Numbered from the stretch's first letter, positions 41,560 through 51,305 are shown. The stretch: DNA of 64,000 bases from Massilia sp. (GCF_046293535.1 NZ_JBKBOV010000025.1:6588-70587); one strand, 5' to 3'. Notes: generated by a model not told the origin, from the sequence alone. A program made the numbers and translations.

Positions 41560-41937
41560 TTAGCGCAGCAACAGGCCCCACATGGTGCCGCCAATTAACA
41601 ACGCGCAAGCGAGCATGCCCGTGATAAAACCGAATTCGCGCCGGGCCGGATCGCGGTAATAGCCGAGCGCATAGGCGATGCGGCCCAGGCACCACAGCAT
41701 GCCGCCGGCCGCCGCCCACAGGTCGCCCAGATAAAAGGCGCACAGCCACAAGGGCACCAGCACCAGGGGCAGCTGTTCGAGGGTATTGGCCTGTACGCGC
41801 TGGCAGCGCAGGAATTCTTCCGGCCCCGCCATCGAGGGCGCCGGCACATGGTGGCGAATGCGGGCGCGACCGGCATTCACGCCGGTCCAGAAATACACGC
41901 CGAGCACGGCCAGGGTCGCCCAGGCCGTGAAAAACAT
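41560..41937 (-). CDS. MAPEG family membrane protein
   Basis: FLRCQRVQANTLEQ, LGRIAYALGY. Confidence 0.87.
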   Translation of the reverse strand: MFFTAWATLAVLGVYFWTGVNAGRARIRHHVPAPSMAGPEEFLRCQRVQANTLEQLPLVLVPLWLCAFYLGDLWAAAGGMLWCLGRIAYALGYYRDPARREFGFITGMLACALLIGGTMWGLLLR

Positions 41938-41946
41938 CGGAACATC

Positions 41947-42092
41947 TGTGGATAAAGCTTGGGATAAGAACATGGAAAAGCCTTGGAAAAACCCTGGAAA
42001 AGGGCTTGGATAAGCCCTGAACAAGTGCTGGACAAGCCTTGTATAAGGGGATGGATATCTACGGGAAAAGCGTTGGACAAGCCCTGGATAAG
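41947..42092. repeat. 13-unit degenerate tandem array with 11-12 bp period, consensus about CYTGGAHAAG; first unit is a perfect DnaA box
   Basis: TGTGGATAA at 41947-41955; core positions 41950, 41962, 41974, 41985, 41996, 42008, 42019, 42030, 42041, 42053, 42064, 42075, 42086. Confidence 0.8.
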
Positions 42093-42093
42093 T

Positions 42094-42921
42094 TCAGGCT
42101 TGCCCGCGCTTGCGGCGCGCCAGCTCGGCGGTCGGCGGCACCAGTGCTTCGTACAGGCGGCCGGTGGCGGGATCCCAGCGCGTCACGGCGTCCTGCTGGC
42201 GCGCCACGGTGGCGAAGTCGCCGCGCGCGACCGGACCGCTGAGCGCCGCTTCGGGGCCGAGGCGGAACACGTTGGCCAGGGCTTCGGTAGCGAGCGGCTG
42301 CGCCAGTTCGCGCGCCACGCTTGCCGGCACGCCGGCCGCCTCATAGGCGCGCAGGGCGGCGTCGACCACCGTGACCAGGTAATTCGACGCGAACACGGCG
42401 GCCGCGTGGTAGACCGTCTTGGCGGCCGGGTCGATGCGCACCAGGCGCGCGCCGATCGCCGCGAAGGCCGGCTCCAGCAGCGCCAGCGCGCCCTGGTCGC
42501 CCTCGATGCCGCAGAAGGTGCCGGCGAAGTCCGCAGCGACGGCTTGCGGGTCGGCAAAGCTGCGCACCGGGTGCACGCTGGCGACATGGGCGCCGGCCGC
42601 GCGCGCCGCCTGCAGTTCGCTGGACGCCTTGGCGCCGCTGCAATGGAACACGACCGCCCCCGCCAGCCGCCCCTCCTGGGCCAGCGCCGCGCAGGCCGGC
42701 GCGATGGCGTCGTCGCCCACCGCCAGCATCCACACCTCGGCCGGGCGCATCTGCGCGAGCGTGGCGCAGGCATGGCCGGCGCCGATGAAATCCACCGCCT
42801 CCCGGGCGCTGGCCGCGTTACGGGTCAGGACGTCCTGCACGGCAAAAGCGCCGCTGGACGCGAACAGGCGCCCGAGCGCCCGGCCGACGTGGCCGGCGCC
42901 CACCAGGTTCAGCGTCGCCAC
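42094..42921 (-). CDS. Rossmann-like/DUF2520 oxidoreductase-like protein
   Basis: VGAGHVG, VFHCSGA, SVHPVRSF, YHAAAVFASNY, ALSGPVARGD. Confidence 0.87.
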   Translation of the reverse strand: MATLNLVGAGHVGRALGRLFASSGAFAVQDVLTRNAASAREAVDFIGAGHACATLAQMRPAEVWMLAVGDDAIAPACAALAQEGRLAGAVVFHCSGAKASSELQAARAAGAHVASVHPVRSFADPQAVAADFAGTFCGIEGDQGALALLEPAFAAIGARLVRIDPAAKTVYHAAAVFASNYLVTVVDAALRAYEAAGVPASVARELAQPLATEALANVFRLGPEAALSGPVARGDFATVARQQDAVTRWDPATGRLYEALVPPTAELARRKRGQA

Positions 42922-42922
42922 C

Positions 42923-43501
42923 TCAGAAACCGGAGCCGGGCAGCGCCAGGTAGGCCAGCTCTTCCGGGCTCGAGGCGCGGCCGAGGATCGGATTGCGGTG
43001 CGGGAAGCGGCCGAAGCGGGCGATCACGCCGCGGTGGCGGTGGGCGTAATCGAGCGCCTCGGCGAAGCCTTCGTGCTGGGCGGCCAGCTCGGTGAACAGG
43101 GTCACGGCCTGCTCCTGCATGCGCGCGTCTTCCGCGTGCTCGAAGGGCATGTAGGCGAACTGGCGCTCGACCGGCGACAAATCCAGGTGCGCGCCCGCCT
43201 CCACCAGTTGCTGCGCGCTGGCCAGCGCCAGCGTGTCGCCGGCGAAGGATTCCGGCTTGCCGCGGAACGCGTTGCGGGTGAACTGGTCGAGCACGATGAT
43301 GCGCGCCAGCGTGCCGCGCGGGCCCAGCTCGTCCCATTCGCGCAGCCCGCCCGCCACCGCCTGGTGGATGAGGGCGCCGAAGCGCTCGCGCAGCGCCGCG
43401 TCGAAGGCCTCGTCCTTGCGGAACCATTCGATGCGCTGTTTGCCATGGCCCTCGGCGCCTTGCGGCAGGAACCAGAAATCGAGAACGTCTTGTGCTTGCA
43501 T
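42923..43501 (-). CDS. DUF924 family protein
   Basis: VLDFWF, IIVLDQFTRN, YMPFEHAED, RFGRFPHRN. Confidence 0.92.
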   Translation of the reverse strand: MQAQDVLDFWFLPQGAEGHGKQRIEWFRKDEAFDAALRERFGALIHQAVAGGLREWDELGPRGTLARIIVLDQFTRNAFRGKPESFAGDTLALASAQQLVEAGAHLDLSPVERQFAYMPFEHAEDARMQEQAVTLFTELAAQHEGFAEALDYAHRHRGVIARFGRFPHRNPILGRASSPEELAYLALPGSGF

Positions 43502-43550
43502 TGATGACCCCCAGTTCTGAATAAACCGATTTATTGTTGTTGGATTTTTC

Positions 43551-44294
43551 TTAATTACGGGCGTGCGACAGCTGGAAGGCTTCCAGTCCCTCGAAGGCGG
43601 CCAGTTCCTGTGCCAGTTCCGACAAGGGTGCGCCGCTGCGGTTCGACAGCGCCAGCGCCACGAAGCGCCATTCCTGGCGGCCTTCGTCGCTGCTGATGGT
43701 GAGCGAGCTGCCCGCGATCTCGTAGCCGCGCTCGAGCGCGGCCTGGCGCAGGATTTCTTCGCGCGGCATCACCTGCGGCTTGAAGCGCATGCGCACCGCC
43801 ACCGCGTGGCGCGAAGGCAGGATGGTCTCCAGGCGGTTCAGGTAGATCATGATCATGCCGGCAAAGAAGGCCAGGCCCATGGCCGCCAGGTAGAAGCCGA
43901 CCCCGACCAGGATGCCGATCGCGGACGAGGCCCAGATCGAGGCCGCCGTGGTCAGGCCGCTGATGTTGAAGCCTTCGCGCATGATGACGCCGGCGCCGAG
44001 GAAGCCGATGCCGGTGACCACGCCCTGGATGATGCGGGTCGGGTCGACCGGCGCCAGCACGCCGCCATGGCCGCCGTACCAGAAGTCCGGGTAGCCGGCC
44101 AGGATGGTCAGCGCGGCCGAGGCCATGCACACCAGGCCGTAGGTGCGCATGCCGGCGGCGCGGCCGTGGTAGGCCCGCTCGTAGCCGACCAGCAGGCCGA
44201 GCGCCAGCGCGCCGGCCAGGTGCAGCAGGATCAGGCCGTTGGTGATGATGCTGGGTTCGGACCAGTAGGCGGCCAGCAGGGCGTTGGAAGGCAT
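43551..44294 (-). CDS. MgtC/SapB family membrane protein
   Basis: VGYER...AGMRT, DPTRIIQGVVTGIGFLGAG, GLTTAASIW. Confidence 0.9.
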   Translation of the reverse strand: MPSNALLAAYWSEPSIITNGLILLHLAGALALGLLVGYERAYHGRAAGMRTYGLVCMASAALTILAGYPDFWYGGHGGVLAPVDPTRIIQGVVTGIGFLGAGVIMREGFNISGLTTAASIWASSAIGILVGVGFYLAAMGLAFFAGMIMIYLNRLETILPSRHAVAVRMRFKPQVMPREEILRQAALERGYEIAGSSLTISSDEGRQEWRFVALALSNRSGAPLSELAQELAAFEGLEAFQLSHARN

Positions 44295-44303
44295 GGCGGG
44301 TCG

Positions 44304-44570
44304 TTACGCTCCCGGCTTCTTGCGCACCAGCTGCTTTTCGAACGCCTCGTCGTGCTTGCTGATCCGCTTGACCTCCTGCGGGCCGAGGCCGTTCACGAAG
44401 GCGACGAAGTCATCCAGTTCGAGCGGCGCATTGAGCGCGGGCGCGCCCGGGGCTTCGGACAGGTAGAACAGCCCGTCGCCGGTGCGCGCCATCGAATACG
44501 CGGCATTCCCGGTGCGCTTCTTGAGACGCTCGACCGCCGCGCTGGCGCGGGTGGAACGGGAGCTCGCCAT
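44304..44570 (-). CDS. hypothetical protein (88 aa)
   Basis: Start overlaps the aminopeptidase stop codon; host-like codon usage. Confidence 0.7.
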   Translation of the reverse strand: MASSRSTRASAAVERLKKRTGNAAYSMARTGDGLFYLSEAPGAPALNAPLELDDFVAFVNGLGPQEVKRISKHDEAFEKQLVRKKPGA

Positions 44571-46396
44571 CAGATCGCCTCCGTGCGTTTCAAGAGCCAG
44601 TCGCGCGCCGCGCCCGTCACATGCTGCTCGAGGCGTGCGCGCACCGTGGCGTGGTAGGCGTTCAGCCAGGCGACTTCGTCCTCGCGCAGCAGCGAGCGAT
44701 CCAGCGGACGGGTGTCGATCGGGCACAGGGTGAGCGTCTCGAAGCCCAGGTATTCGCCGAACTCGGTGCTGTCCACGACCTGGTTCAGCACCAGGTTCTC
44801 GATGCGGATGCCCCAGCGTCCCGGGCGGTAGATGCCCGGCTCGATCGAGGTGATCATGCCCGGCTCCATCGCGGTGTGCGGGTCCGGCGGCACCGCGGGC
44901 GAAATCGTCTGCGGGCCTTCGTGCACGTTCAGGAAGTAGCCGACGCCATGGCCGGTGCCGTGGCCGTAGTCGATGCCGGCGGCCCAGATCGGCGCGCGCG
45001 CGATCGCGTCCAGCATTGGCGAACGGGTGCCGCGCGGGAAGCGCGTCGCCGACAGGTTGATCAGGCCCTTCAGCACCAGGGTGTAGTCGCGTTTCTGCGC
45101 TTCGCTCGGGGTGCCGACCGGGATCACGCGCGTGATGTCGGTGGTGCCGCCCAGGTACTGGCCGCCCGAATCGATCAGCAGCAGGCCGTCGCCCTCGATC
45201 GTCGCGCAGGTTTCCTGCGCGGCGCGGTAGTGCATGATCGCGCCGTTGCTGTTGAAGCCGGCGATGGTCGAGAAGCTCGGGCTGATGAAATTCGGCCGGC
45301 GGCTTCTAGCTGCGGTGATGTGGGTGTCGATCGCCACTTCGTCCAGCGGGGCGCGCCCCGGGTTGGCCAGTTCGGCTTCCAGCCAGGAGAAGAATTCGCA
45401 CAGCGCGGCGCCGTCCTGCTCCATGGCGGCGCGCACGTTGACCGCTTCGCTGTCGAGCTTGCGCGACTTGGCGAAGGTGGTCGGGTTGATCGCTTCCACC
45501 ACGTTCACGCCCTGGGCCACCGCCGCGCGCATGCCGGCCGTTACCCGGCGCGGGTCGAGCAGCAGGGTGGCGCCGTCCGGCAGCGCGCTCAGTGCGGTGG
45601 CGGCGTTCGCGTACGGCGCGAGGTGCACGCCGTCGGACTCCAGGCGCGCACGCACCTCGGCGGACACCTTGCCCTCGCCGACGAACAGGGTGGCGTCGGC
45701 GCGGCCGATCAGCGCATGCGCCAGGAACACCGGATTGAAGCTGACGTCGGCGCCGCGCAGGTTGAACAGGTAGGCGATGTCGTCCAGCGTCGAGATGAAA
45801 TGGAAGCCGGCGCCGTGGTGTTCCATGGCGGCGCGGGTGGCGGCCAGCTTCTCAAGGCGGCTCATCGTCGCGTAGGGCGGCAGGTGTTCGAACACCGGGT
45901 CGGCCGGCAATGCGGGCCGCTCCTGCCAGACCTCGTCGAGCAGGTCGAGGTCGGTGCGCAGCATGATGCCCTTGGCCGACAGGGCGTCCGAGAGCAGGCG
46001 CGCGCCGGCCAGGCCGAGCACGCGCGCATCCACCGCCACCGTCTGGCCGGCCGCCAGGTTCGCCGCCAGCCAGTCCACGTGCAGCTGGCTCGCCGCGCCC
46101 GGGATCTTCATCAGGGCGATCTCGCTGCCGGCCAGCTCGGTCTCGGCCTGGGTCCAGTAGCGGCCGTCGGTCCAGACACCGGCGAAGTTCGCGGTGGCGA
46201 TGAAGGTGCCGACCGAGCCGGTGAAGCCGGACAGCCACTCCCTGCCCTTCCAGTGGCCCGGCAGGTATTCCGACAGGTGCGGATCGCTCGACGGCACGAC
46301 ATAGGCGTCGATGCCGGCGCGCGCCATCGCGCTGCGCAGTTGGGCCAGGCGGCTGGCAATGGCGGACAGCGGGGCTGGTTCGAATTCGGTGCACAT
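44570..46396 (-). CDS. aminopeptidase P family (M24B) Xaa-Pro peptidase
   Basis: SDPHLSEY, GTTDITR, HGTGHGVG, VHEGP, EPGIY, GIRIEN. Confidence 0.93.
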   Translation of the reverse strand: MCTEFEPAPLSAIASRLAQLRSAMARAGIDAYVVPSSDPHLSEYLPGHWKGREWLSGFTGSVGTFIATANFAGVWTDGRYWTQAETELAGSEIALMKIPGAASQLHVDWLAANLAAGQTVAVDARVLGLAGARLLSDALSAKGIMLRTDLDLLDEVWQERPALPADPVFEHLPPYATMSRLEKLAATRAAMEHHGAGFHFISTLDDIAYLFNLRGADVSFNPVFLAHALIGRADATLFVGEGKVSAEVRARLESDGVHLAPYANAATALSALPDGATLLLDPRRVTAGMRAAVAQGVNVVEAINPTTFAKSRKLDSEAVNVRAAMEQDGAALCEFFSWLEAELANPGRAPLDEVAIDTHITAARSRRPNFISPSFSTIAGFNSNGAIMHYRAAQETCATIEGDGLLLIDSGGQYLGGTTDITRVIPVGTPSEAQKRDYTLVLKGLINLSATRFPRGTRSPMLDAIARAPIWAAGIDYGHGTGHGVGYFLNVHEGPQTISPAVPPDPHTAMEPGMITSIEPGIYRPGRWGIRIENLVLNQVVDSTEFGEYLGFETLTLCPIDTRPLDRSLLREDEVAWLNAYHATVRARLEQHVTGAARDWLLKRTEAI

Positions 46397-46507
46397 GGCT
46401 TGGTCGTTCGGTTGTTATCCAAGCCACGTATCATACGCCGAACGGCGCGTTAGAATGTTGTCTGAGACGAACAAACGACCGGCGCTCACGCCGGCACAGG
46501 AGACCAG

Positions 46508-46858
46508 ATGGATTTCGAAGCGGCCAAGACCTTGTGCCGCAGCTTCCCGGGCTGCACTGAAGACACCAAGTGGGACCACGACACCGTCTTTTCGGTCGGC
46601 AGCAAGATGTTTGCCGTGACCAACAAGGACGGCCCCTCGACCGGCTTCAGCCTGAAGGCCGACGACGCGCGCTTCCTCGAACTGACCGACCGGCCCGGCA
46701 TCGTCCCGGCCCCTTACCTGGCGCGCGCCAAGTGGGTCTTCGTGACGCCCGAGGCCCGGCTCGACGACGCGGAGTTCGCGGCCCTGCTGCGCCGCTCGTA
46801 CGAGCTCGTTTTCGCCAAGCTCACCCGTAAGCTGCAGCGCGAAATCGGGGGCGCCTGA
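46508..46858 (+). CDS. MmcQ/YjbR family protein
   Basis: KWDHDTVFSVGSKMF, PAPYLARAKW, LRRSYELV. Confidence 0.88.
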   Translation: MDFEAAKTLCRSFPGCTEDTKWDHDTVFSVGSKMFAVTNKDGPSTGFSLKADDARFLELTDRPGIVPAPYLARAKWVFVTPEARLDDAEFAALLRRSYELVFAKLTRKLQREIGGA

Positions 46859-46934
46859 TTCCAACAGGAACGCGCCCACGCACCCGATTGGCGCATAATC
46901 GGTACGCCATCCTGACACCAGAAGACAGAACGAC

Positions 46935-47561
46935 ATGCAAGACTACCACCATGACCGCGCCCGCGCGCTGCTCGCCAACGCCACCCAGATCGTCACGCCC
47001 GAGGAAGTCCAGGCCGCGGTGGCGCGCGTCGCCGCCCAGCTGAACGCGCGCTTCGGCAATCCCAACGAGAAGTCCTTCCCGCTGGTGCTGGGCGTGATGG
47101 GCGGCGCCGTCGTGTTCACCGGCCACCTGCTGCCCCAGCTCGACTTCCCGCTCGAATTCGACTACATCCACGTGAGCCGCTACGGCGACGCCGACCGCGG
47201 CGGCCAGATCGTGTGGAAGGTCATCCCGCGCCAGGACGTGGCGGGCCGCACCATCGTCGTGGTCGACGACATCCTCGACGAAGGCGAGACCCTGGCCCAC
47301 GTGAAGCAGCGCCTGCTCGACATGGGTGCGGCCGAAGTGATCGTCGCGGTATTCGCCGACAAGGACCTGAAACGCGCCAAGCCGATCAAGGCCGACCTGG
47401 TCGGCCTGACGCTGCCGAACGAGTTCGTGGTCGGCTTCGGCATGGACGTGTACAACTACTGGCGCAACCTGCCGGGGCTGTGGTCGATCGATCCGGACGA
47501 CCTGAGCGCGGCGGAACCGCCGCCGCCGTTCCCCACCCCTGACGCGAAACGCCTGGATTAG
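46935..47561 (+). CDS. hpt: hypoxanthine-guanine phosphoribosyltransferase
   Basis: DYIHVSRY, VVDDILDEGET, FVVGFGMD, WRNLP. Confidence 0.88.
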   Translation: MQDYHHDRARALLANATQIVTPEEVQAAVARVAAQLNARFGNPNEKSFPLVLGVMGGAVVFTGHLLPQLDFPLEFDYIHVSRYGDADRGGQIVWKVIPRQDVAGRTIVVVDDILDEGETLAHVKQRLLDMGAAEVIVAVFADKDLKRAKPIKADLVGLTLPNEFVVGFGMDVYNYWRNLPGLWSIDPDDLSAAEPPPPFPTPDAKRLD

Positions 47562-47591
47562 TAGGGTGGACGGCGAAGCCGTCCACCCTAC
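47561..47591. repeat. GTAG-type REP, perfect palindrome
   Basis: GTAGGGTGGACGGC-gaa-GCCGTCCACCCTAC, 14-bp stem starting in the hpt stop codon. Confidence 0.85.
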
Positions 47592-47594
47592 GAT

Positions 47595-48551
47595 TCAAAC
47601 CAGCGCCAGGCGCGCCCGCGCCGCCGCGTATTCCGCCTTCAAGCGCTCGACCATCTCGGCCACGCTCGGCACGTCATCCATCAAACCCACGCCCTGGCCC
47701 GCGCCCCAGATGTCGCGCCAGGCCTTGGCGCTGCCCGCGCCAAAGCTCATCTTGCTCTTGTCCGATTCCGGCAGGTTGTCGGGATCGAGCCCGGCGGCGA
47801 CGATCGATTTCTTCAGGTAGTTGCCGTGCACGCCAGTGAACAGGTTGGTATACACCACGTCGGCCGCCGCCGATTCCACGATCGCGTCGCGGTAGGCGTC
47901 GCTGACGTTCGATTCTTTCGTTGCCAGCCAGCGCGAGCCGATGTAGGCGAAGTCGGCGCCCATGGCCTGGGCCGCGAGGATCGCGTCGCCGGTGGCGATC
48001 GAGCCGGACAGGGCGATCGGCCCCTTGAAGAACTTGCGCACCTCGCCCACCAGCGCGAAGGGCGACAGCGCGCCCGCATGGCCGCCGGCGCCGGCCGCCA
48101 CCAGGATCAGGCCGTCCACGCCGGCCTCCAGCGCCTTTTCCGCGTGGCGGATCGAGACCACGTCGTGCATCACGATGCCGCCATAGGCGTGCACCGCATC
48201 GAGCATCTCCTTCGGCGGCGCGCGCAGCGAGGAGATGATGATCGGCACCTGGTGCTTCACGCAGACCTCGACGTCGTGCGCCAGGCGGTCGTTCGAGGCA
48301 TGCACGATCTGGTTCACCGCGATCGGGCCCACCTTCGCGCCCGGGTTGGCCTCCTGGTAGGCGGCCAGTTCGCGCTGCAGGTCGGTCAGCCAGGTGTCCA
48401 GCAGTTCGGCCGGGCGCGCGTTCAGGGCAGGGAAAGAGCCGACGATGCCGGCCTTGCACTGGGCCGCCACCAGCGCGGGACCGCTGGCGATGAACATCGG
48501 CGAAGCGATGACAGGGAGGGACAGGTCTTGCAGCACGGGTGGCAGCGTCAT
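47595..48551 (-). CDS. nitronate monooxygenase family flavoprotein
   Basis: PVIASPM, AGGHAG, ALSGSI, AMGADFAYIGSRW. Confidence 0.9.
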   Translation of the reverse strand: MTLPPVLQDLSLPVIASPMFIASGPALVAAQCKAGIVGSFPALNARPAELLDTWLTDLQRELAAYQEANPGAKVGPIAVNQIVHASNDRLAHDVEVCVKHQVPIIISSLRAPPKEMLDAVHAYGGIVMHDVVSIRHAEKALEAGVDGLILVAAGAGGHAGALSPFALVGEVRKFFKGPIALSGSIATGDAILAAQAMGADFAYIGSRWLATKESNVSDAYRDAIVESAAADVVYTNLFTGVHGNYLKKSIVAAGLDPDNLPESDKSKMSFGAGSAKAWRDIWGAGQGVGLMDDVPSVAEMVERLKAEYAAARARLALV

Positions 48552-48635
48552 GGATGGCTCTCGATGGTCGGTTGAACAAACGTATTCAGGGCATTATAGC
48601 CCTGAAAAAAGAACGATCGTGCTAGATTCTGGACT

Positions 48636-49547
48636 CTAAACGTCGGTCAAGCGGTCGCCGTCGATCCGGGCGGCGCCGGCGCGCACCAGTGCCGCGCAGG
48701 CCCACTGCGCCAACTCGTCCGCCTCCATGGCCAGCACCTTGGCGCGCACCCGCTCCACCAGCGGAATCGACGTCAGCAGGCCGGGAAGCGCATCCAGCGC
48801 CAGCGTGCGCCGCTCCAGCAGCAGGAATTTCAACAGCACCTTGACCGCGTTCTGCGCATTGCGCACCGGATCGGCGCTCAGGTAATCGAGACGCGACCTG
48901 GCGCGCGCCAGCGCTTGGGGGACGTCGCCGAACAGCGCGCCGTGGCCGGGAATGACCACGCGCGCATCCAGGGTGGCGATCAGCTCGAGGGTCGCGGCGA
49001 CCTCGCCGAAGCCCGCCTCTCCCGCCAGTTCCGGGAACACCACGCCAAAGCCGTTTTCCCACAGCGCGTCGCCGGAAACCAGGATACCTTCGCTTGCGCA
49101 GAAGAACAGCAGCGCATGCGGGTCGTGCCCGGGCGCCGCCAGGACCTGCCAGCGCAGGTCTCCCAGCACCAGGGAGTCGCCCGGCGCCAGGGTGGCATCG
49201 AAATGAAAACGCGCGCACTGCTGGCCGGTGGCGCGGTAGCTGAGCGCCTCTTCGTCCCATGCGGCCACCTTGGCGGCGTCAAGCCCGGGGATCGCGATGC
49301 GGCAGCCGTAGGCCTGCGCCAGCAGGGCATTGCCGCCGCAGTGGTCCGAGTGCAGGTGGGTGTTGAGCAGGCGGTCGAGCGGGCGTCCGGCAAGCGCATG
49401 GCGCACCAGCGCCAGGGTCTGCGCCGCATGCGTCACGTAGCCGCTGTCGACCAGCGCCGTTTCGTCAGCGCCGGTGAAGAGGATGCTGTTGGACGAGAGC
49501 CAGCCGCGCTCGAAGACGTGGATCGACGGGGGCAGGCGCAGGTCCAC
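48636..49547 (-). CDS. metallo-beta-lactamase fold hydrolase
   Basis: THLHSDHCGG, PGHD, SGDAL, IPGHG. Confidence 0.9.
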   Translation of the reverse strand: MDLRLPPSIHVFERGWLSSNSILFTGADETALVDSGYVTHAAQTLALVRHALAGRPLDRLLNTHLHSDHCGGNALLAQAYGCRIAIPGLDAAKVAAWDEEALSYRATGQQCARFHFDATLAPGDSLVLGDLRWQVLAAPGHDPHALLFFCASEGILVSGDALWENGFGVVFPELAGEAGFGEVAATLELIATLDARVVIPGHGALFGDVPQALARARSRLDYLSADPVRNAQNAVKVLLKFLLLERRTLALDALPGLLTSIPLVERVRAKVLAMEADELAQWACAALVRAGAARIDGDRLTDV

Positions 49548-49548
49548 C

Positions 49549-49743
49549 TCAGCCCCAGTCGATCTCGGCTTCGCGGCGCCGGATCTCGGCCCACACGGCG
49601 CGCTTGTAGTCGTCGCCGGCGCTGCCCCAGGCGACGATCTCGTCGATCGTGCGCAGGCAGCCCCGGCACAGGCCGGTAGCAGGCTCCATCTGGCACACGT
49701 TGATGCAGGGAGAGGGGACGGGGCTTTGCAGATCTGGCTTCAT
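49549..49743 (-). CDS. DUF1289 family Cys-rich protein
   Basis: SPCINVCQM...CRGCLRTIDEIVAW. Confidence 0.9.
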   Translation of the reverse strand: MKPDLQSPVPSPCINVCQMEPATGLCRGCLRTIDEIVAWGSAGDDYKRAVWAEIRRREAEIDWG

Positions 49744-51215
49744 TGCAGCAGCGCCGAAACGTCGATGAAGTGGGCGCAGATGGCGACCAGCACCATCAGG
49801 CCCACGGCCAGCCGGCTGCCGCGGTCCTTCAGCGCATACAGCACCGGGTCGTCGTCCATCTCGCCGCGCGCGGTCTTGATCCACAGGCGGCCGAGCCAGT
49901 AGATCATCAGGCCCGCCAGGCCCCACAGCAGCATCGGGCTGGCGTAGCGCTGTTCGGTCTCCGGCGCATTGATGAACAGGCCCAGCACCACCACCGCCGC
50001 CAGCGCCGAGGCCAGTCCCATCGGCCACAGCACGGCCAGGTCGGCCACGCGGTAGTCGCGTCCGTGCGCGCTGGCGTGGCCGCGCTCCTGCAGCGACTGC
50101 AGCTCGGAGCAGCGCTTCACCAGCGCCAGGCTGAGGAACACGAACAGCGAAAAGGCCAGCAGCCAGGACGTGGTGTGGATACCGACCGCCACCGAGCCGG
50201 TGACGATGCGCATCGTGTACAGCAGCGACAGCATCAGGACGTCGAGCAGCACGCGCTCCTTGAGCCACCAGCTGTAGGCCGTGGTCAGGACGACGTAGGC
50301 CAGCAGCATGGCCACGAAACCGGTATTGATCGTGAAGGCGAGCGCGAAGGCGCCGCACAGCAGCAGCAGCGCCGCGGCCATGCCCGAGGTGATCGGCAGG
50401 GCCCCGCTGGCGAAGGGACGCAGGCGCTTGCGCGGATGGAGGCGGTCGTTGCCGAGGTCCCACAGGTCGTTCGCGATGTACGTGGCCGACGCAGCCGTCG
50501 AAAAGCACAGGAAAGCCAGCGCCATGGTGGCGAGGTCGGCGGGCAGGAAGGAAAAGGCGGTCAGCAGCGGCACGAACAGCAGCAGGTTCTTGGCCCACTG
50601 GTGCATGCGCAAGGCCTTGCGCCAGGTGCGCAGGCCGGCCGCCGGGTGCGCGAATTCCTTTTCGATCGGGTGCCTGCTGCGCACGGTGCGCGCCAGGCTG
50701 TTCGATGCGCCCACCAGCACGGCGGCCTGCGCGCCTTCCCACACCGCCAGGTCGGCCGTGCTGTCGCCGGCATAGGCGAAGGCCGGTCCCACTTCCTCGC
50801 GGATGGCGGCCAGCTTGTTGGATCCCTTCAGGTTGCGCGTGCCGTCGGTGGCCAGCACGCGGTCGAACAAGCCCAGGTGCTGCGCGACGCCGTCGGCGAT
50901 CGACTGGTGCGCGGCCGTGGCCAGCACCAGTTCGCGCCCTGCGGCTTTTTCCTGGCGCAGGTAGTCGAGCAGTTCTTCGCGGTAAGGCAGTTGTTCCGGC
51001 GCCACAGTCACGCGGCGGGCGATTTCGGATTTCATCACCTCGCGGCCGCGCGCCAGCCACAGGGGGAGCCTGAACAGGTCGAGCGGGGACTGCTTGGCCA
51101 GCAGGAGCACCGATTCCACCAGGGTATCGGTCGGGGTCAGGGTGCCGTCGAGGTCGACCACCAGTGGGATGGACGCCTGCCGGGAATCCAGCACGGAGGT
51201 TTCAGCCGAGGTCAT
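49740..51215 (-). CDS. HAD-like domain plus UbiA-family prenyl/phosphoribosyltransferase fusion
   Basis: N-terminal VDLDGT, YAGDSTAD; C-terminal RMHQWAKNLLLF, YIANDLWD..NDRLHPRKRLRPFASG, multi-TM. Confidence 0.88.
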   Translation of the reverse strand: MTSAETSVLDSRQASIPLVVDLDGTLTPTDTLVESVLLLAKQSPLDLFRLPLWLARGREVMKSEIARRVTVAPEQLPYREELLDYLRQEKAAGRELVLATAAHQSIADGVAQHLGLFDRVLATDGTRNLKGSNKLAAIREEVGPAFAYAGDSTADLAVWEGAQAAVLVGASNSLARTVRSRHPIEKEFAHPAAGLRTWRKALRMHQWAKNLLLFVPLLTAFSFLPADLATMALAFLCFSTAASATYIANDLWDLGNDRLHPRKRLRPFASGALPITSGMAAALLLLCGAFALAFTINTGFVAMLLAYVVLTTAYSWWLKERVLLDVLMLSLLYTMRIVTGSVAVGIHTTSWLLAFSLFVFLSLALVKRCSELQSLQERGHASAHGRDYRVADLAVLWPMGLASALAAVVVLGLFINAPETEQRYASPMLLWGLAGLMIYWLGRLWIKTARGEMDDDPVLYALKDRGSRLAVGLMVLVAICAHFIDVSALLQ

Positions 51216-51305
51216 CAAGATCCAGAGAGATAGATAATTGCAACGTGACCGCGCATTATCGCTCATCACGTGAGCGCAGGCATCGCGCCACGTCAGGCAT
51301 GCTGC

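Noticed and set aside
41947-42092. Array as CRISPR or as oriC
   Set aside because: Units are 11-12 bp with no unique spacers and no cas genes; no dnaA/gidA context or AT-rich unwinding element. Kept only as a DnaA-box-like array.
48636-49547. MBL-fold and SxxK serine hydrolases (also 61294-64000) as antibiotic resistance genes
   Set aside because: Fold motifs are shared by many hydrolases; nothing specific supports beta-lactamase activity.
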